Shown: piece after piece, positions 1 through 12,266 of the stretch
How the letters are laid out: each line of letters begins with the position of its first letter
Numbering within the stretch: the first letter of the stretch is position 1
From: Stylophora pistillata
Lineage: Eukaryota
DNA length: 64,000 nucleotides
NCBI RefSeq assembly: GCF_002571385.2
Contig: NW_019217871.1
Span: 186,062-250,061 of the forward strand
Reading direction: 5' to 3'
Translations under genes and position numbers: made by a program
The notes under the pieces: model-generated
The model's database searches: none
Seen by the model: only the letters and a program-made list of their open reading frames with translations
Told to the model about the DNA's origin: nothing

Positions 1-465
1 CAAGATAACTTCTCACTGATACCAAGGCTGTGCTCCAACAGCACCCGGTGGCCCCTGGCGCCTTACTTTTGCTCTTGGGCTACTCGGAAATATTAGTTTT
101 TTCATGCAAAGCATATGCTGGGCACCCTGGATTTCACAGTTTCAGAGCAATGGGCTCCATTCAATTTTCCTTAGAGCACAGCCTTGGATACATTTGAATA
201 TTCTCATAAACTCTCTGCTGGATAATGTGTGGATATTGTAGGGAGAAGTTACATGTTTTAATCAGTTCTGGTTGTTAAAGGGTTAACTCCCATACCTGAT
301 CAAGAGAGAATTTCTCCTTATGTTATCAATACAATATCAAGCAGACAAGTGATGAGAATTAAGAAATATATAAATAAGGGATTATTAGTTGATCCAATAC
401 CAAATTCTCTGAACTAGCATCATGATAATTTTATGTTAGACAGTAAAGAGAATTAAGCATATTAC

Positions 466-2001
466 CTCAATCAAGTCAGTGATGAATGACACATCAGCAT
501 CTTTTTTAAGCTTAGTTGCTAAGAGCATGGCATATGCTGCCCTGAAATCAACAATAGAGAAACATGTCTTTCAAACACTGTCAGTTATTGGAAATATGAA
601 AAGCTAGTAAGTGAAAAATGAGCACCCAGTTTCTTTTCTTCCTCTCTCAAAATTCTACTATAAATTGATGGGAAAAACAACAACAACAAAAAAAAAAACA
701 GATATACAAAGTATTGAATATTCTTCTTACCCAAGGATACTGTCTTCATCTGAGTTGATAGCTGCCTTCACAGCCTTCAGCACTTCAGCTGTGTCCACTA
801 AAATCAATAAACAATGTAAAAATTAAACTTTTCTTCCAAATTACTCCAATCCTGGAATAACTTTAAAACATTTCGAAGAACTCAATTATGTAGAAAAATA
901 CATTATTTTCTCAGAAGCTTCTCAACAGGCCAGGCCCCGGTTGTTCAAAGGATGGATAACGCTATCCAGTGGATAAATCCCTATCCAGTGAATAGCGCAG
1001 TACGTTTTGGTAACACTTATCCGCTGGACAGTGATTTATCTGTTGGATAGCGCTATCCGCCCTTTGAACAACCAGAGCCAGAACTTTAAATTTTCAAGTC
1101 TGATTCAGTCCAGCTTTTTACAAGACAGACCATGGTCCAAAATTTTTTCCATGCCATAAAAAGCTATTTGGCAGAAAAAAGACTTGGCAAGTTATTTACC
1201 AACCTCAGTCAGTCCATCTGGGAAAAAAATTGTGACCTTGGTCTTCGGTGTGGCTAAAGACCAAACTCAAAACCTCAGACAGAGTTTAACTTATATATCA
1301 TCAACATCTCTATACCTTTCAGCCCCAAATAAGCTTGTGCTGACACTGCCTGATATAGTTTTATCATGTCTGTTCCTTCTTTAGCAGCATTTGATAAAGT
1401 GGCTTCCACCCCCTGTACAGCTGGGAACTGTAGTTAGAAAAGACAAAGACAGCTGTAATTTGACTTTCTACAAACACATTGCGGTTTGCATTGAGGCAAC
1501 GGGTGTTGTAATTTTGTGAGTGGAGTTATGGATGTTGTCATAGCTTATCCTAGTTTGACCCTTCGACTCCCAAGATCAGATTGTGAATTCTCCCCTCCAG
1601 CTGCTATAGATTTCCTTGTAAATTAGTTGTGAGATTTGGAGTCAGATCAAAATAGGAACTTTTTCCAGATATGTTTCAGTATTCTTGTCACTAGCTTGTT
1701 TGATAACGTGTGGATATTACAAGGAGAGGTTATATGTGGAGCACTGCAATCTCGTGATGGGTGAAAAAAAAAAAAAAGAGTAATTTGGTTATATTAACTA
1801 AGTTGAAATTGTAAATTGGCCACCATAAAGAGTTAAAAAGCTGATGTTTCAAGCGTTAGCTTTTCATCAGAGCAATTTCATTAGCCCTTCATCACACGCT
1901 CTGACAAACGGCTAACGCTCAAAATGTCAGCTTTTTAACTTGTTACGGTGGCCAATTTACAATTTCAACTTAGTTGATAAAACCTAATTACCTTGTTACC
2001 C

Positions 2002-2036
<35 letters not shown>

Positions 2037-5000
2037 TAACCCCTTTAATAAAAAAAATAGAGTTTACACTGTACATCCTGAGCCGTGTGTGCAATGAGGT
2101 AGGTTGATAAGAAACAAGAGAGCTTGATCCTTTGTCTTTATTCCCTACTTGGGACACATAACTGATAAAAAAACAATCTATACTCAAACCAAGTAGCTGA
2201 TCCCAGTTTCCTTTGTATGAAGTGGCTGGGAGTATTACTCCCCCCTGGAAGGGATGCTAGTCTTTTGCAAGGTTACCCCCCCCACCCCCTGCACATCATC
2301 AAGCTTCCCTGACAGTTTGCCAGTACCCATCTACAACCCTAGGTGGAGAGAAGCAGTAGGAGAGTAAAGTGTATTGCCCAAGAACACAAATACATGGACA
2401 GGTCTTGAACCTGGACTTATCAAACCTGGGATCTAGCAGACACCAGGGCTAATGATGATAATAATGATGATGATGATGATGATGATTATGGTAACAAGCA
2501 ACAAACACAGTACAATGTCACCAAAAATAATTGCAATATACAAGAAAGAAATTTACAAACCTTGCAATTTGCGTAAGAATTTATGGCAGATACATAGAAT
2601 ATTGAGATGACACTGCTGCTATCAATGCTGTCCTTAGCAAATTTGCAAACATCCTGTTGTATAAAGTTATAAAAGAAAAAAAATAAGTGATTATACTTTC
2701 TTCCCTAACCCTGTTGGTAACCAAATATACTATGATTTCATAAATGCTATCACATTTGTATCAGAGTCAAGATTAAAGACTTAATGTATATCAAGTAACA
2801 CTCTTACTAAAAATGAGCTTTGAGGGTCAATTTTATTGGACAAATTGTATCAAATCCAAGGGTAATCAAATATTGTTTAATTATCTCTGGTTTGAGTTGT
2901 TGGGGTTCTACAGTGGTGGCAAAAAAAAGGGAAAAAAGAAAACAAGAAAATGAACTTTTTTTCATAGATAATTTTTTTTTAATTTATTTTGATAAAAAAG
3001 TGTTACCATAACAATTCATAAACTTGATGATACATGTACCTGTGTGGGGGGAATCTCTGCCTTCATAAGTTTTAAACCTATGATGGCATAAGCTGCCGTC
3101 TTCAGATCTTTGAAAGGCATTGCATTGTAGAATGTTTGTTTAAACCTAACTTGATCTTCAACGCTCAGAACACTGGATAGAGAAACTGCACCAGCATAGA
3201 CGGCAAAGGCCAACACCACAAGAAGACAGGCACCTACAAGTCATGAAAAGAGAACTGGCTATTAGAGTCAAGTGGGTGACAAGCATTGAATTTCTCCTTA
3301 CTGTAACCTGGCTGAATCAAGTAGTAAGGTCACCAGAATATAGGAAATGATCTTCACTTAAAGGATCTCCTGATTGTTAAACATAATCTCTTTGTCAGGA
3401 TAATAGGAAATGTATAGAGGACAGTATTAATAATAATAATAATAATAATAGTAATAATTTATTTCTTATATAGCACTATTTACAATAACAGATCAATAGC
3501 GCTTTACAATTGAGATCTCTAAATATTAAAATCTCATCTAATTAAAAAATAATTACATATTACAGTTAAATTGGCTATATAGAATTCATAATTTAACCAC
3601 TATTTAAAGGTTTGCCTAAAAAGAAGTCTTAACTGAATTCTTAAAAATTTCTACAGATCGAATATTGCATAATTGCATAACCAACTAAAGAAGCTCTTGA
3701 TTGTTAAACAAATTCTCCTTGTTAGTATCATAGGAAATGTATAGAGAACAGTAGGGAGAATATGCATACTGATGTGAGGGTGAAAGCATTAAGTAATGGA
3801 GATCATAAAACGACAAAATTTCCATCTAGATGATTAAATATTGTGATACACATGTGAAATAGTCTGTGACTGGACAGCCATTAGACTCATTATATATCTT
3901 TCAGAATTTTTTTAGTTACTCCTTGAGTATCAAACTCTAAGTCTTGTTTGCAAAGTTTGAGCTATTAGCAGTCTGCACTGCACCTCAATTTCACAAGAAT
4001 TTGCAACTACATTTTCTTAAGTTTTATTTCATCAGTAAAAAATTGTCAAATACTGGAAAACTGTTGGTGGGCTAAGCTGGTTTTCAGGCAGATTTGGAGA
4101 ATTTTCTCCAGTTCCAATAAATTATTCTCCCGCTACAAAATTTCTATAGAAAAAGCAGGTGTTCTTTTTTTTTTAAACTTTTTAATACTCTGTGGTAAAA
4201 ACAAAGATAATTTTCTGAGTGCAGTAGAATGTCAATTCAAGGAACATCCCCAAAACTAGTCATATTGCCCCCTACTTAAGATTCTCGTAAGGATCAAGGT
4301 TTTTGCCCCTTGAATAAAAGTGACCCTGTATTGAAGATTCTACTGAGCTCTAATATGAGGATTCAAACAAAATTTAAAATATTCCAACCTCATGATTCCA
4401 AAGTGTTTACAATAACATGAATATAACTTAGGTAAAGAAAAAGAAACAAATTAATCCCTTGAGAACACAGTAGCAAAATATAAGAAAAATAAAATGTACA
4501 ATGACAGAAATTGATGACCCAACTCATGTTATTCTTTTGAAGAAATGAACCCCATTTCGTCCAATAATTTATTAATAAATAAAATTGAAGGAAGAGATCT
4601 ATTTTCAAACTTTTGGGCAGACTGTTATTTCTATAAGTAGATCCCTGTGAGGAACTAGACAAAACAAAGGCATACCGCATTAACAGCAGACTATTTTCGT
4701 AAAGGCAACAATGAGAATATTCTCCAAATTTTATGCCAATTACTAAAAGATCTGGCAATTTTAGAGGCCACTGCTTATAATTTAATCATACCCTTTGGAA
4801 AAAATCGATGATTTGGGGAAGAATTCTGAAAATAATCAACGTACTGAACTATAGAAATTTGTCAGGACGATTCGATTTCCGAAAGTTGGTGTAAACACGC
4901 GACCAAATAGAACGAACGATCTGTCTAAACATCCAAGATACAGCTGCATTCTTATTCACGCAGCTCCAAAAACAATAGATCTACGGTAAAACGATGATAC

Positions 5001-5059
5001 AAGAGCATTTCTGAAGAAGTTTTCTATTAAAGTGTGTTTCACGAACCTCGTGCAGCCAT
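466..5059 (-). CDS. RPN2: Ribophorin II (oligosaccharyltransferase subunit 2), 5' part; gene continues beyond window start
   Basis: Six GT-AG exons joined in frame: 5059-5047, 3233-3040, 2653-2561, 1427-1316, 797-731, 541-466 (555 nt). Translation MAARGACLLVVLAFAVYAGAVSLSSVLSVEDQVRFKQTF...DLKTAAYAIIGLKLM...DVCKF...FITDLIE has a signal peptide and matches the ribophorin II N-terminus as recalled. Confidence 0.88.
931..1081. mobile_element. MITE with terminal inverted repeats
   Basis: CAGGCCCCGGTTGTTCAAAG...CTTTGAACAACCAGAGCCAG termini; internal GGATA/TATCC palindromes; non-coding; in an RPN2 intron. Confidence 0.75.
1781..2043. mobile_element. Penelope-like inverted-repeat fragment with degenerate minimal hammerhead ribozyme cores
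   Basis: ~210-bp palindrome 1781-1990. Minus strand 1873-1840 reads GCT-CTGATGA-AAAGC-TAAC-GCTT-GAAACATCAGC. Related copies at ~41717-41850 and ~46472-46725. Confidence 0.6.
2190..2450 (-). mobile_element. tRNA-derived SINE (degenerate copy of the 11395-11641 family)
   Basis: Shares TACTCCCCCCTGGA.GGGATGCT.GTC, AGTACCCAT and TTGCC.AAGAACACAA blocks with 11395-11641. Confidence 0.65.
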
Positions 5060-5385
5060 CTTGGAGACGTGTCGTACAAAGAGAGAAAGCCTAATCACTG
5101 AAAGAAACACGTGATAGAAAGGAACTCCGTACCAGTCCCTCGCGCCTTCCTTCCCTCCTGCCATAGTCAGCTATAGACCGAATTACCACTCTCAAATTTG
5201 AACAAATTAGCGCCACAAAAATATTTTAAGAAGATTTACAGGATTAAATTTTAATTTCCAAAATTTGTTTTTTAATAAAATTCTTTTCTAAAAGGACTGT
5301 TTTGTAGCTGACGAGAAGCCTACTGCCCAGACCTCTCCGCATTCGAATTTTTCCGCCTGGCGGAAAATTTCGGGCAAAGCAAAAG
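5060..5385. promoter_or_regulatory. Bidirectional promoter RPN2/SWSAP1
   Basis: Divergent ATGs at 5059 and 5386. YY1-like AAGATGGC overlaps the RPN2 start, CACGTG at 5108-5113, palindrome TTTTCCGCC-T-GGCGGAAAA at 5349-5367. Confidence 0.65.
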
Positions 5386-7266
5386 ATGTTGTCCCGTTTA
5401 TTTCGCATCAATGCTCCTTCTTGCGGCGAATCTAAACCAGAGGGCCAAGAAAGCACATCTTCTTTACTTTTTGACGCAGATCATGCTTCTGGAATTGATA
5501 AAATTATGTTGTGTGGGCCGCCTGAGGTTGGTAAGACTTCGCTCCTGTTTGAGGTAGCACTCAGCTTTGCAGATGAAGGAAAACATGTCCTGTTCATTTG
5601 TCCCAGAAAACTCTCGAGACTTCCTTTGCTAGCTCACGGAAGAACTCAGCCTTCTAGCAGCGCTTTGAAGTACATACAGAGGGTTTATTTGGAAACGAAA
5701 GATGAATTTCTCAATCACATGGCGTCTATCCACATGTCTTCAGCTAGAGTTTTTCACTCTATTATTGTGGATAATATTGATGCCTATTTTCCCGCCCATA
5801 TCCGAAACGAAGATTTGTCGTCAATTGCCAAGATTTTTGCTCTTACTGTGGATGCTTTTCTGTTCCAAAAGTCCAAGCAAATGTAAGCTTAACTCTTTAA
5901 CTCCCATTTAGCTACCACGTATTTCCTTATAAATTAGTTTCGAGAATTTGGTGTTAGATCAAGATAACTATACCTAATAAGATTAGATATTCTCGTTACT
6001 TTTTTGCTGGATAATGTATGAATATTGTAGGGAGAAGTTACATGTTAATCACTTGTGGGAGTTAATTGTTAAGAAGCAAACAGGCAGTTTTTGTAAACTG
6101 ATCATAAAGTTGCAATGCACATTTTTTTTTACTGAAAAAAGGCCTGAATCTTTTCTCCTAAAAGTCCTGGTAACCTCATCGGCCTACAGTTACTATTTGA
6201 AATCTGAATGTTATGAGTAGAAAAAACCAGTCCACTTTCTTTCATTTCATGATATTTTTGTGGACGCCTTTAAGGTTTGAATTACCAAACTATTGATGTC
6301 TTGGTCTTCAGCGAAAACTTTGGCCAAAAAAAGACAGCTTTGCCAGAACCATGAGATCAAGAGGTCTAAGTAACCAGAATCAGGTCTGTTCTAAATTTTT
6401 ATCATGCTGTCTCTCAAGCTATGGGGGTTGTAAGGCTAGATTATGTTCTCCAACTGATAAATCACCAATCAGTTATTTTTGTTAAAACTTACCTTCAAAT
6501 AAGATGGTGGATAGCCATATATTTACATTGCAACTCTTTGCACCCTAACACAAGTCTGCATATTCTTCATACTCTTCTCTACACATTTCCTATGGTATAA
6601 CCTGTGTGCAGGTAGGTGGTTGTTTGTTATTCAGCGTGGCAAATTAATATTTGGTTGACATATTGGATGGTTGGAAGGTTTGTCACTTGTCCCAGATCTT
6701 TCTTCTGTCCAATATGGGGGCCTATTATTCGCTGCAGTGAATCTCGTGTTTAAAAACACAAACTACCACCTGCTCGCAGGGCTACCTGTGGTACTGACAA
6801 GGACATTTTGTTTAACAGTCAAGAGCTTCTTTAGTTGTTGATCATTTCCTTTATTCTCCTGACCTTAATGTTTGATTCAGTGCTGATATTGTAAGGAGAA
6901 ATTAGATGCTAGTCGCTCTCAGGGATTAGGGTTTAATTCAATTTTTGCTTCTCTAACAGTGATCAGCCCAAAGTCAAACATTCTGGCCTGCTTATGATGT
7001 CAGTCACAGTTCCTATAGATACTAACTCAGTTCCAAGACAATCGTTTTATGAACGCTGGGTACAGTTTGTCCTTCAGATCCAGGTGCAGGCTGCAAATCT
7101 CTGTGAGCTTTCAGTGCTACCCTCCAACTCAAGAGATGGCTCCTCACTGGCTAGTGTTGTTTACAAAATAACAGATCAAAGTGTTGTTGTTCAAGAGATT
7201 GAGTGTTCTTCACAATCTGCTGGTTTGTCAGCAGAAGTGAATTCTTGCACTCCATTTAAGGCATAG
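5386..7266 (+). CDS. SWSAP1: ATPase SWSAP1 (RecA/Rad51-paralogue-like, Shu complex), 267 aa
   Basis: Exons 5386-5882 (AT|GTAAGC) and 6960-7266 (CTAACAG|T) join in frame. Walker A GPPEVGKT followed by SLLFEVAL...HVLFICPRKL; Walker B IIVD. Short RecA-fold-only architecture typical of SWSAP1. Confidence 0.82.
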
Positions 7267-7477
7267 TGGTGGAGAAAAAAGGTGGGTAATATTTTCGAAG
7301 TTTGTGATTAATGTATCTAATGTAGAAAACGCCGCAACACACGTTTCCTAACAAGTAAACTTTTAATAATCAAGAGGAACATTTCTCTGCAATCACATCT
7401 GCTGGTCAACTTGAGCTGAGCGTACAAGACAACCTTTTTACTCAGATTTTTACTTTTTACAGAACAAAGATCTTAAT

Positions 7478-7650
7478 CACGTGTTTCCGGTTCCTTACTA
7501 ACCCGTTTCCGGTTCCTTATACACGTGTTTCCGGTTCCTTATACACGTGTTTCCGGTTCCTTACTAACCCGTGTCTGGTTCCTTATTCACGTGTTTCCGG
7601 TTCCTTACTAACGTGTTTCTGGTTCCTTGTTCACGTGTATCCGGTATCTT
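7478..7650. repeat. Minisatellite, ~8 units of 19-24 bp (CACGTGTTTCCGGTTCCTTA...)
   Basis: Tandem units read directly; five retain CACGTG. Confidence 0.9.
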
Positions 7651-7972
7651 AGTGTAACGCAACAACAATGAGATTATTGGCTACAGTTTCAGACAATAAA
7701 CTTTTTTGCCTCCAATGTAACAGTAGAAAATTAGGAGAATCAACCAGGGTGTGGTAACACTGCTTCCTGAAATAAAGCCCCTTCGATTCAGCAAATCGCA
7801 ACAAGACGAGAAAAACAGCTTTCTTTATTTCAATTCCGATCTCAAAATATACCATTTTTCATTTTCTATTCCAAAGAGGCTTTCGACATTGAAAGTGCGC
7901 TCATCACGCTTTAAAAGCGCGCTCATCACGTATGAAATTACTAATGAACTAGTTCACCACAAAGTTCTCCAA

Positions 7973-8105
7973 AGCTCAGTGGTACAGCATAAGAGAGCAT
8001 CGGAGCCAGGAATCCGAAGGTCTTCCGTGCGATTCCACTTAAGGACTCAGAATTTTTCTTTGTCGTATGCTAGTGTCAAAACGAAAAAAAAAAAGAACAC
8101 TTTTT
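7973..8105 (+). mobile_element. tRNA-derived SINE
   Basis: A-box-like AGCTCAGTGGTA, degenerate B-box GTGCGATTCC, then GGACTCAGAATTTTTCTTTGTC body and an A-rich tail. Confidence 0.6.
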
Positions 8106-8682
8106 ATTTCAAAGATGAAATAAACAATTTTTAAAAATCGAGTTTCAATCGCAATTTCTTGTTTAAGTTCGCTAATGGAGACTTTCTAGTTCTAAAAGTC
8201 ACACATAATGGACACAATTGTTATTTATTTTATAAAACTGCAGTGGTTTACTAGAATTTCCAGCCTTGAGAAAAGCCGTAACTGCACACGTGAAAAATTG
8301 AGGTAATTATTTACGTGTCTTTGATATCGCCAATCAGCTGCTGACACGTCACTCGCCTTTCGCGCGCCACTCGGCCAGGTTGATGAATGAATGGCAAAGC
8401 GTTCACCTTTCTTAATCCAAGGTCATCTGTCGAAATTTTCTCGAGTTATGACCGTAAACAACACTGAAAGATTCGTATCACTCACAGGCAATGAAGTTCA
8501 AAATTATCTAAGAAGCGGAAGGAAAGCAGAACACGAAAAGGAAAATCGAAAGTGACTTGGCTTTGGTAATGGGATTTCCCGCGGCCGAGAAGGAAGATCG
8601 AAAACTAAATTTTTTTCATTCACTGACAAAGTTGACTATTCTTGTCGGTAAAGGCCTAAAGTGTCACTATAAGGAACAAAAC

Positions 8683-8820
8683 AATACATGGGTGCTTGTA
8701 GAAATAGGATTTTTCATTACGTGTTCAACTTGGTATCTCACGAGCGAGCGCAACGAATGAGAGAGATATCGAGTCGAACACGAGAAGAGAAATTCCGTAT
8801 CTACGTGCGCCCATGTATTA
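8683..8820. mobile_element. Palindromic MITE-like element
   Basis: AATACATGGGTGCTTGTAGA...TCTACGTGCGCCCATGTATT imperfect terminal inverted repeats. Confidence 0.55.
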
Positions 8821-9159
8821 TTCTCCATTTAAGTCGCGTGTTTAATTAGAATTCGCGCGTAATCAAAGCCGATAGGCTCGCGGATTGCAATTTATTGCTT
8901 GAAGTGCTACAGGTGGCTGTGATCAAAATTGATTCTCACGAACCACTTGCCTATTCAGATTGTGCGCGTTGATACTTAATACTGCTTGAAATTCAAATCT
9001 ATACGTGGAATTTAATTCACAGGTTTGGTAATTACAAACTTTAGAGGATGAAAGCTTTGGATTTTAGCCAAGAATTGCCAAGAATTCAATTTTGTTTAAC
9101 AACCAGTGCAGTGCTGTTCAGATGTTGGGAATTTTACTTGATTGAAACAGCGCAGCGAC

Positions 9160-10662
9160 ATGACTCATATAACGATAAGGCTGGTGTCCCCGCCGTTTGG
9201 GAGTAGGAATATTCGAGAAATTATTAGAATCAAGACTCCGGAAAAGCTTCTACCGCTTGGGGATTCCAGTGGGAGTTTTTCTGTCGATACGGGAGGAAAG
9301 GTTGTTCATATGGCTGATTCAAATTACAAAGACAGCTGTAAGCAGGCAATGAACGGCAACTGTGAAGTTTTAAAACCTTATGATGGGTCTCCTTCAAATG
9401 TAGATGGAAACGAGAATGTTTGCGAGTACGTTCATGGTCATGTAAGATCAGAAGATTCAAAACAATTTAATTCTCTTCATGTAAACACAGAAAATTACAC
9501 AGAACTGAATGGAATGGCTGTGGAGAACAAAGAGAAGTGGACGAAATGTGCGGAAAATTTAGAGACGCATTGCGATACATGTGGATTGAGAGTTGAGCGT
9601 GAGGAGGTTGAATCAGAACTGTACATAACACGCAAAGATTTAGCGACTGTGCAAAGCCAGCTTGAAATGTTTAAACTCAGGCTTGAAGAGGAACTTGTTG
9701 AAAGATTTAAACTCGAGGAAGAGCTGAAATCTGAAGCTGAGTCCCACGAGAACGACTTGAAAATATTAAAGGAGAAAATTGATTTTCTGGAACAAAATGA
9801 AAGCGAAAAAACTTGGCGGATTGAAGAGTTAGAAAGCCAGATTGTGGTTTATAAAGAAGAGCACGAAAAAAGCTGGGAAGAGGTTGAAAGTTTGCGAAGT
9901 TTCGTTGGTAAATATCAGAATGATTTGAGTAAGGTAAGGGTTGAAGCGAACAGTGCAAGTGATCAAGCAGTTGAAGCCATCAACGAGATGGAATTGTTGA
10001 CAAAGAAAACGGAGAAAAACGAACAACAGAAAGATGAGATTAAAAAACAGATGAAATCGGAGATGGAAGGATACTGGAAAGAGGTGCGAGAATTGAGGAG
10101 TGTTTTTGAAAACTGGGAAAAGTTAGATTTCGAAAGGAAAACGCGCATTCAGACATTAGAAAACGAAGTTGCGTCTTATAAAAGCCTCGTGGATGAACTA
10201 AGAGAAAATCTGGCTGATGGAGACAACGGAGCAAGCGGGGAAAGGAGTAACGTGAAAACAGACTCTACCAAAAGTGAGCATTTGTTCAGAGTACTTTGTC
10301 AGGAATTGAACGAGGTCTTTAGGGAACATCTCAACAGCCAGGGAAAGTTTTCCGAGTTGTCGCTCGTTTTGGAAGCTACTCATAAGGAACTTGAAGAAGC
10401 GAGAAATCGAAGCCAGAGTCAAAACCAGACTCTGCAGCAGTTTAAAAGAAATTACAACGATTTACACGACGATATGACAGCGTTGAACGAAGAAAATCGT
10501 CATTTGAGGAAAAGTTTGGAGAAAAAGTGCGTGGAATTAGCAGATATTAGACGAAAGTTTCTCGCTTCAGAGACGCAAGTGTCTTGGCTCAAAGAAGCGT
10601 TAGATATTGTTGACAAAGCCAAGAAAAAATCAAGCTGTAAGCGAGTGCAATTAGCCAGTTAA
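9160..10662 (+). CDS. Uncharacterised coiled-coil protein with intronless CDS (~450-500 aa; start at ATG 9160 or 9310)
   Basis: 1.5-kb uninterrupted ORF, E/K/L-rich heptads over the C-terminal ~70%. Internal repeat EKTWRIEELESQIVVYK / ERKTRIQTLENEVASYK. AATAAA at ~10940. Confidence 0.75.
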   Translation: MTHITIRLVSPPFGSRNIREIIRIKTPEKLLPLGDSSGSFSVDTGGKVVHMADSNYKDSCKQAMNGNCEVLKPYDGSPSNVDGNENVCEYVHGHVRSEDSKQFNSLHVNTENYTELNGMAVENKEKWTKCAENLETHCDTCGLRVEREEVESELYITRKDLATVQSQLEMFKLRLEEELVERFKLEEELKSEAESHENDLKILKEKIDFLEQNESEKTWRIEELESQIVVYKEEHEKSWEEVESLRSFVGKYQNDLSKVRVEANSASDQAVEAINEMELLTKKTEKNEQQKDEIKKQMKSEMEGYWKEVRELRSVFENWEKLDFERKTRIQTLENEVASYKSLVDELRENLADGDNGASGERSNVKTDSTKSEHLFRVLCQELNEVFREHLNSQGKFSELSLVLEATHKELEEARNRSQSQNQTLQQFKRNYNDLHDDMTALNEENRHLRKSLEKKCVELADIRRKFLASETQVSWLKEALDIVDKAKKKSSCKRVQLAS

Positions 10663-11394
10663 CTTCGGTATTTTCACGCCACTGAAAAATCAAGTAGCGT
10701 TTGTTTCAACTGGATATCAAACCTCTTTTGTAAACGTTCTTCTATACAGGAAACATTATCATTGATGTACGAGATATTTTATATCTGTGGAATTTCAGAT
10801 ACTCGTAATATTTATGTATTTACATAAAACCCTCTTTCATAATTAATGTTAAAACGTACTTTTACAGAATTCCTATTACAAATTCAAACATTCTCAAATG
10901 CAAACTCTCAACTTTTGCAATGGAATACCCGTTATAGTAAATAAAGCTTATTACGTTATTTCTGCAAGATTTTCGATTCTCCTAATTAACTACATCCAAA
11001 GTATTTTCACAAACGAATTCAGCCAAGTTAAAATCCTTGGCCTTCGTTACTAATTTATCATGGCGTCGCTGGTGCTAGACCGCCAAACCACGTTACAGCC
11101 AATGAAATGTCTCTAGAAATTAGAATGCCTTTAAGACATAAAGGCAACGGTATTTTATCTTCTGAATACTGTAATATTCTCTAGATGTTATTACTGAAGT
11201 AGATGAGTTTTTTAGTAATATTTGCATTAAGGAAGAAGTTGTTTTCTCGGTTACCATACAACAACAACAACAACATCAACATTGACTTTATTTTTGAAAT
11301 TGCAGAAATAAAGGCCTTTGTAGCCCGCAGTTAGCAAAGCTATTCTAGGCGGGCTACCTAAACGATTTTCGAGGTAGAGTGTGTTTATGAGCCG

Positions 11395-11641
11395 CGTGGC
11401 CCATCAGGCCGGCGCGTAAGTCCAGTTTCCGTAGCATGAAGCGTCAAGGAGAATTTCTACTCCCCCCTGGATGGGATGCTGGTCCATCACAGGTTTTTCC
11501 CCCGGCATTAGAGTCGCTAGTACCCATTTAAACACCTGGGTGAAGAGGCACTGTTAGAGTAGTGTCTTGCCTAAGAACACAACACAATATCGCCAGTCAG
11601 GGCTCAAAGGAGTCGAGCGCACTAACCACGAGGCCACCGCG
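11395..11641 (-). mobile_element. tRNA-derived SINE with conserved central domain
   Basis: Minus-strand head CGCGGTGGCCTCGTGGTTAGTGCGCTCGACTCC (tRNA-like A box), followed by ...AGTGCCTCTTCACCCAGGTGTTTAAATGGGTACTAG. Confidence 0.75.
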
Positions 11642-12126
11642 TCTCTCTGACATCCCAGAAGGTTAATATAACTAACTAAGCCAGGCCCATTTCGGTTAGA
11701 AGGGAAACTGGGAACGAGGGAAAGAGCGGGTGAGCGAGGAATGCAGTCGCCAGGGAAGCAATTTCCATCTCATGCGACAAGTGTTTCGTTCCTTGCATAC
11801 GCGTGTAGTTTGCAGTTTTAGGTGGAAATTTAAGCGTGCTTCCCTCGGCAAAGGATGGAGTCCAACATTTCGCTGAATCCAAGCAATTTGAATTCATCGG
11901 CCAAAAACCAAATTATCATACTTATGCTATTTTCACTATAAAATTTAATTAGAACGAAAAGTTTAATCTAGGCAACGTATCTGATTTCTTTGAGCCAAAA
12001 AGACCATACTAAATACTGATGTACCTAATATTTGCTTCTTTGTGTTTTTTTGTCTTATTTTTTTCATTAAAAGTTCTTGTAAGACACAAATTTTACAATT
12101 TGCAAAACATCATCTCATCCCTTTCT

Positions 12127-12140
12127 GTTTCCAAGGCAAC
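12127..12140 (+). promoter_or_regulatory. RFX X-box-like site upstream of giant coiled-coil gene 1
   Basis: GTTTCCAAGGCAAC, one mismatch to GTTNCCATGGNAAC. Confidence 0.45.
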
Positions 12141-12266
12141 TTTCAAAGCCCCTTACCACGTGACTTCATTTACATTCAGGGCCATTTGGGATACAGAGGA
12201 AGTCTTGGCTTTTGCAAGGAAAAAACTGTTGTCTCGATAACGTGAAGGTTTTTTTTTACTTTGCAG

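Noticed and set aside
7478-7650. CRISPR-like array
   Set aside because: No unique spacers, eukaryotic context and no cas genes; it is a minisatellite.
7973-8050. tRNA gene
   Set aside because: No intact cloverleaf, degenerate B box, and followed by a SINE body and A-rich tail.
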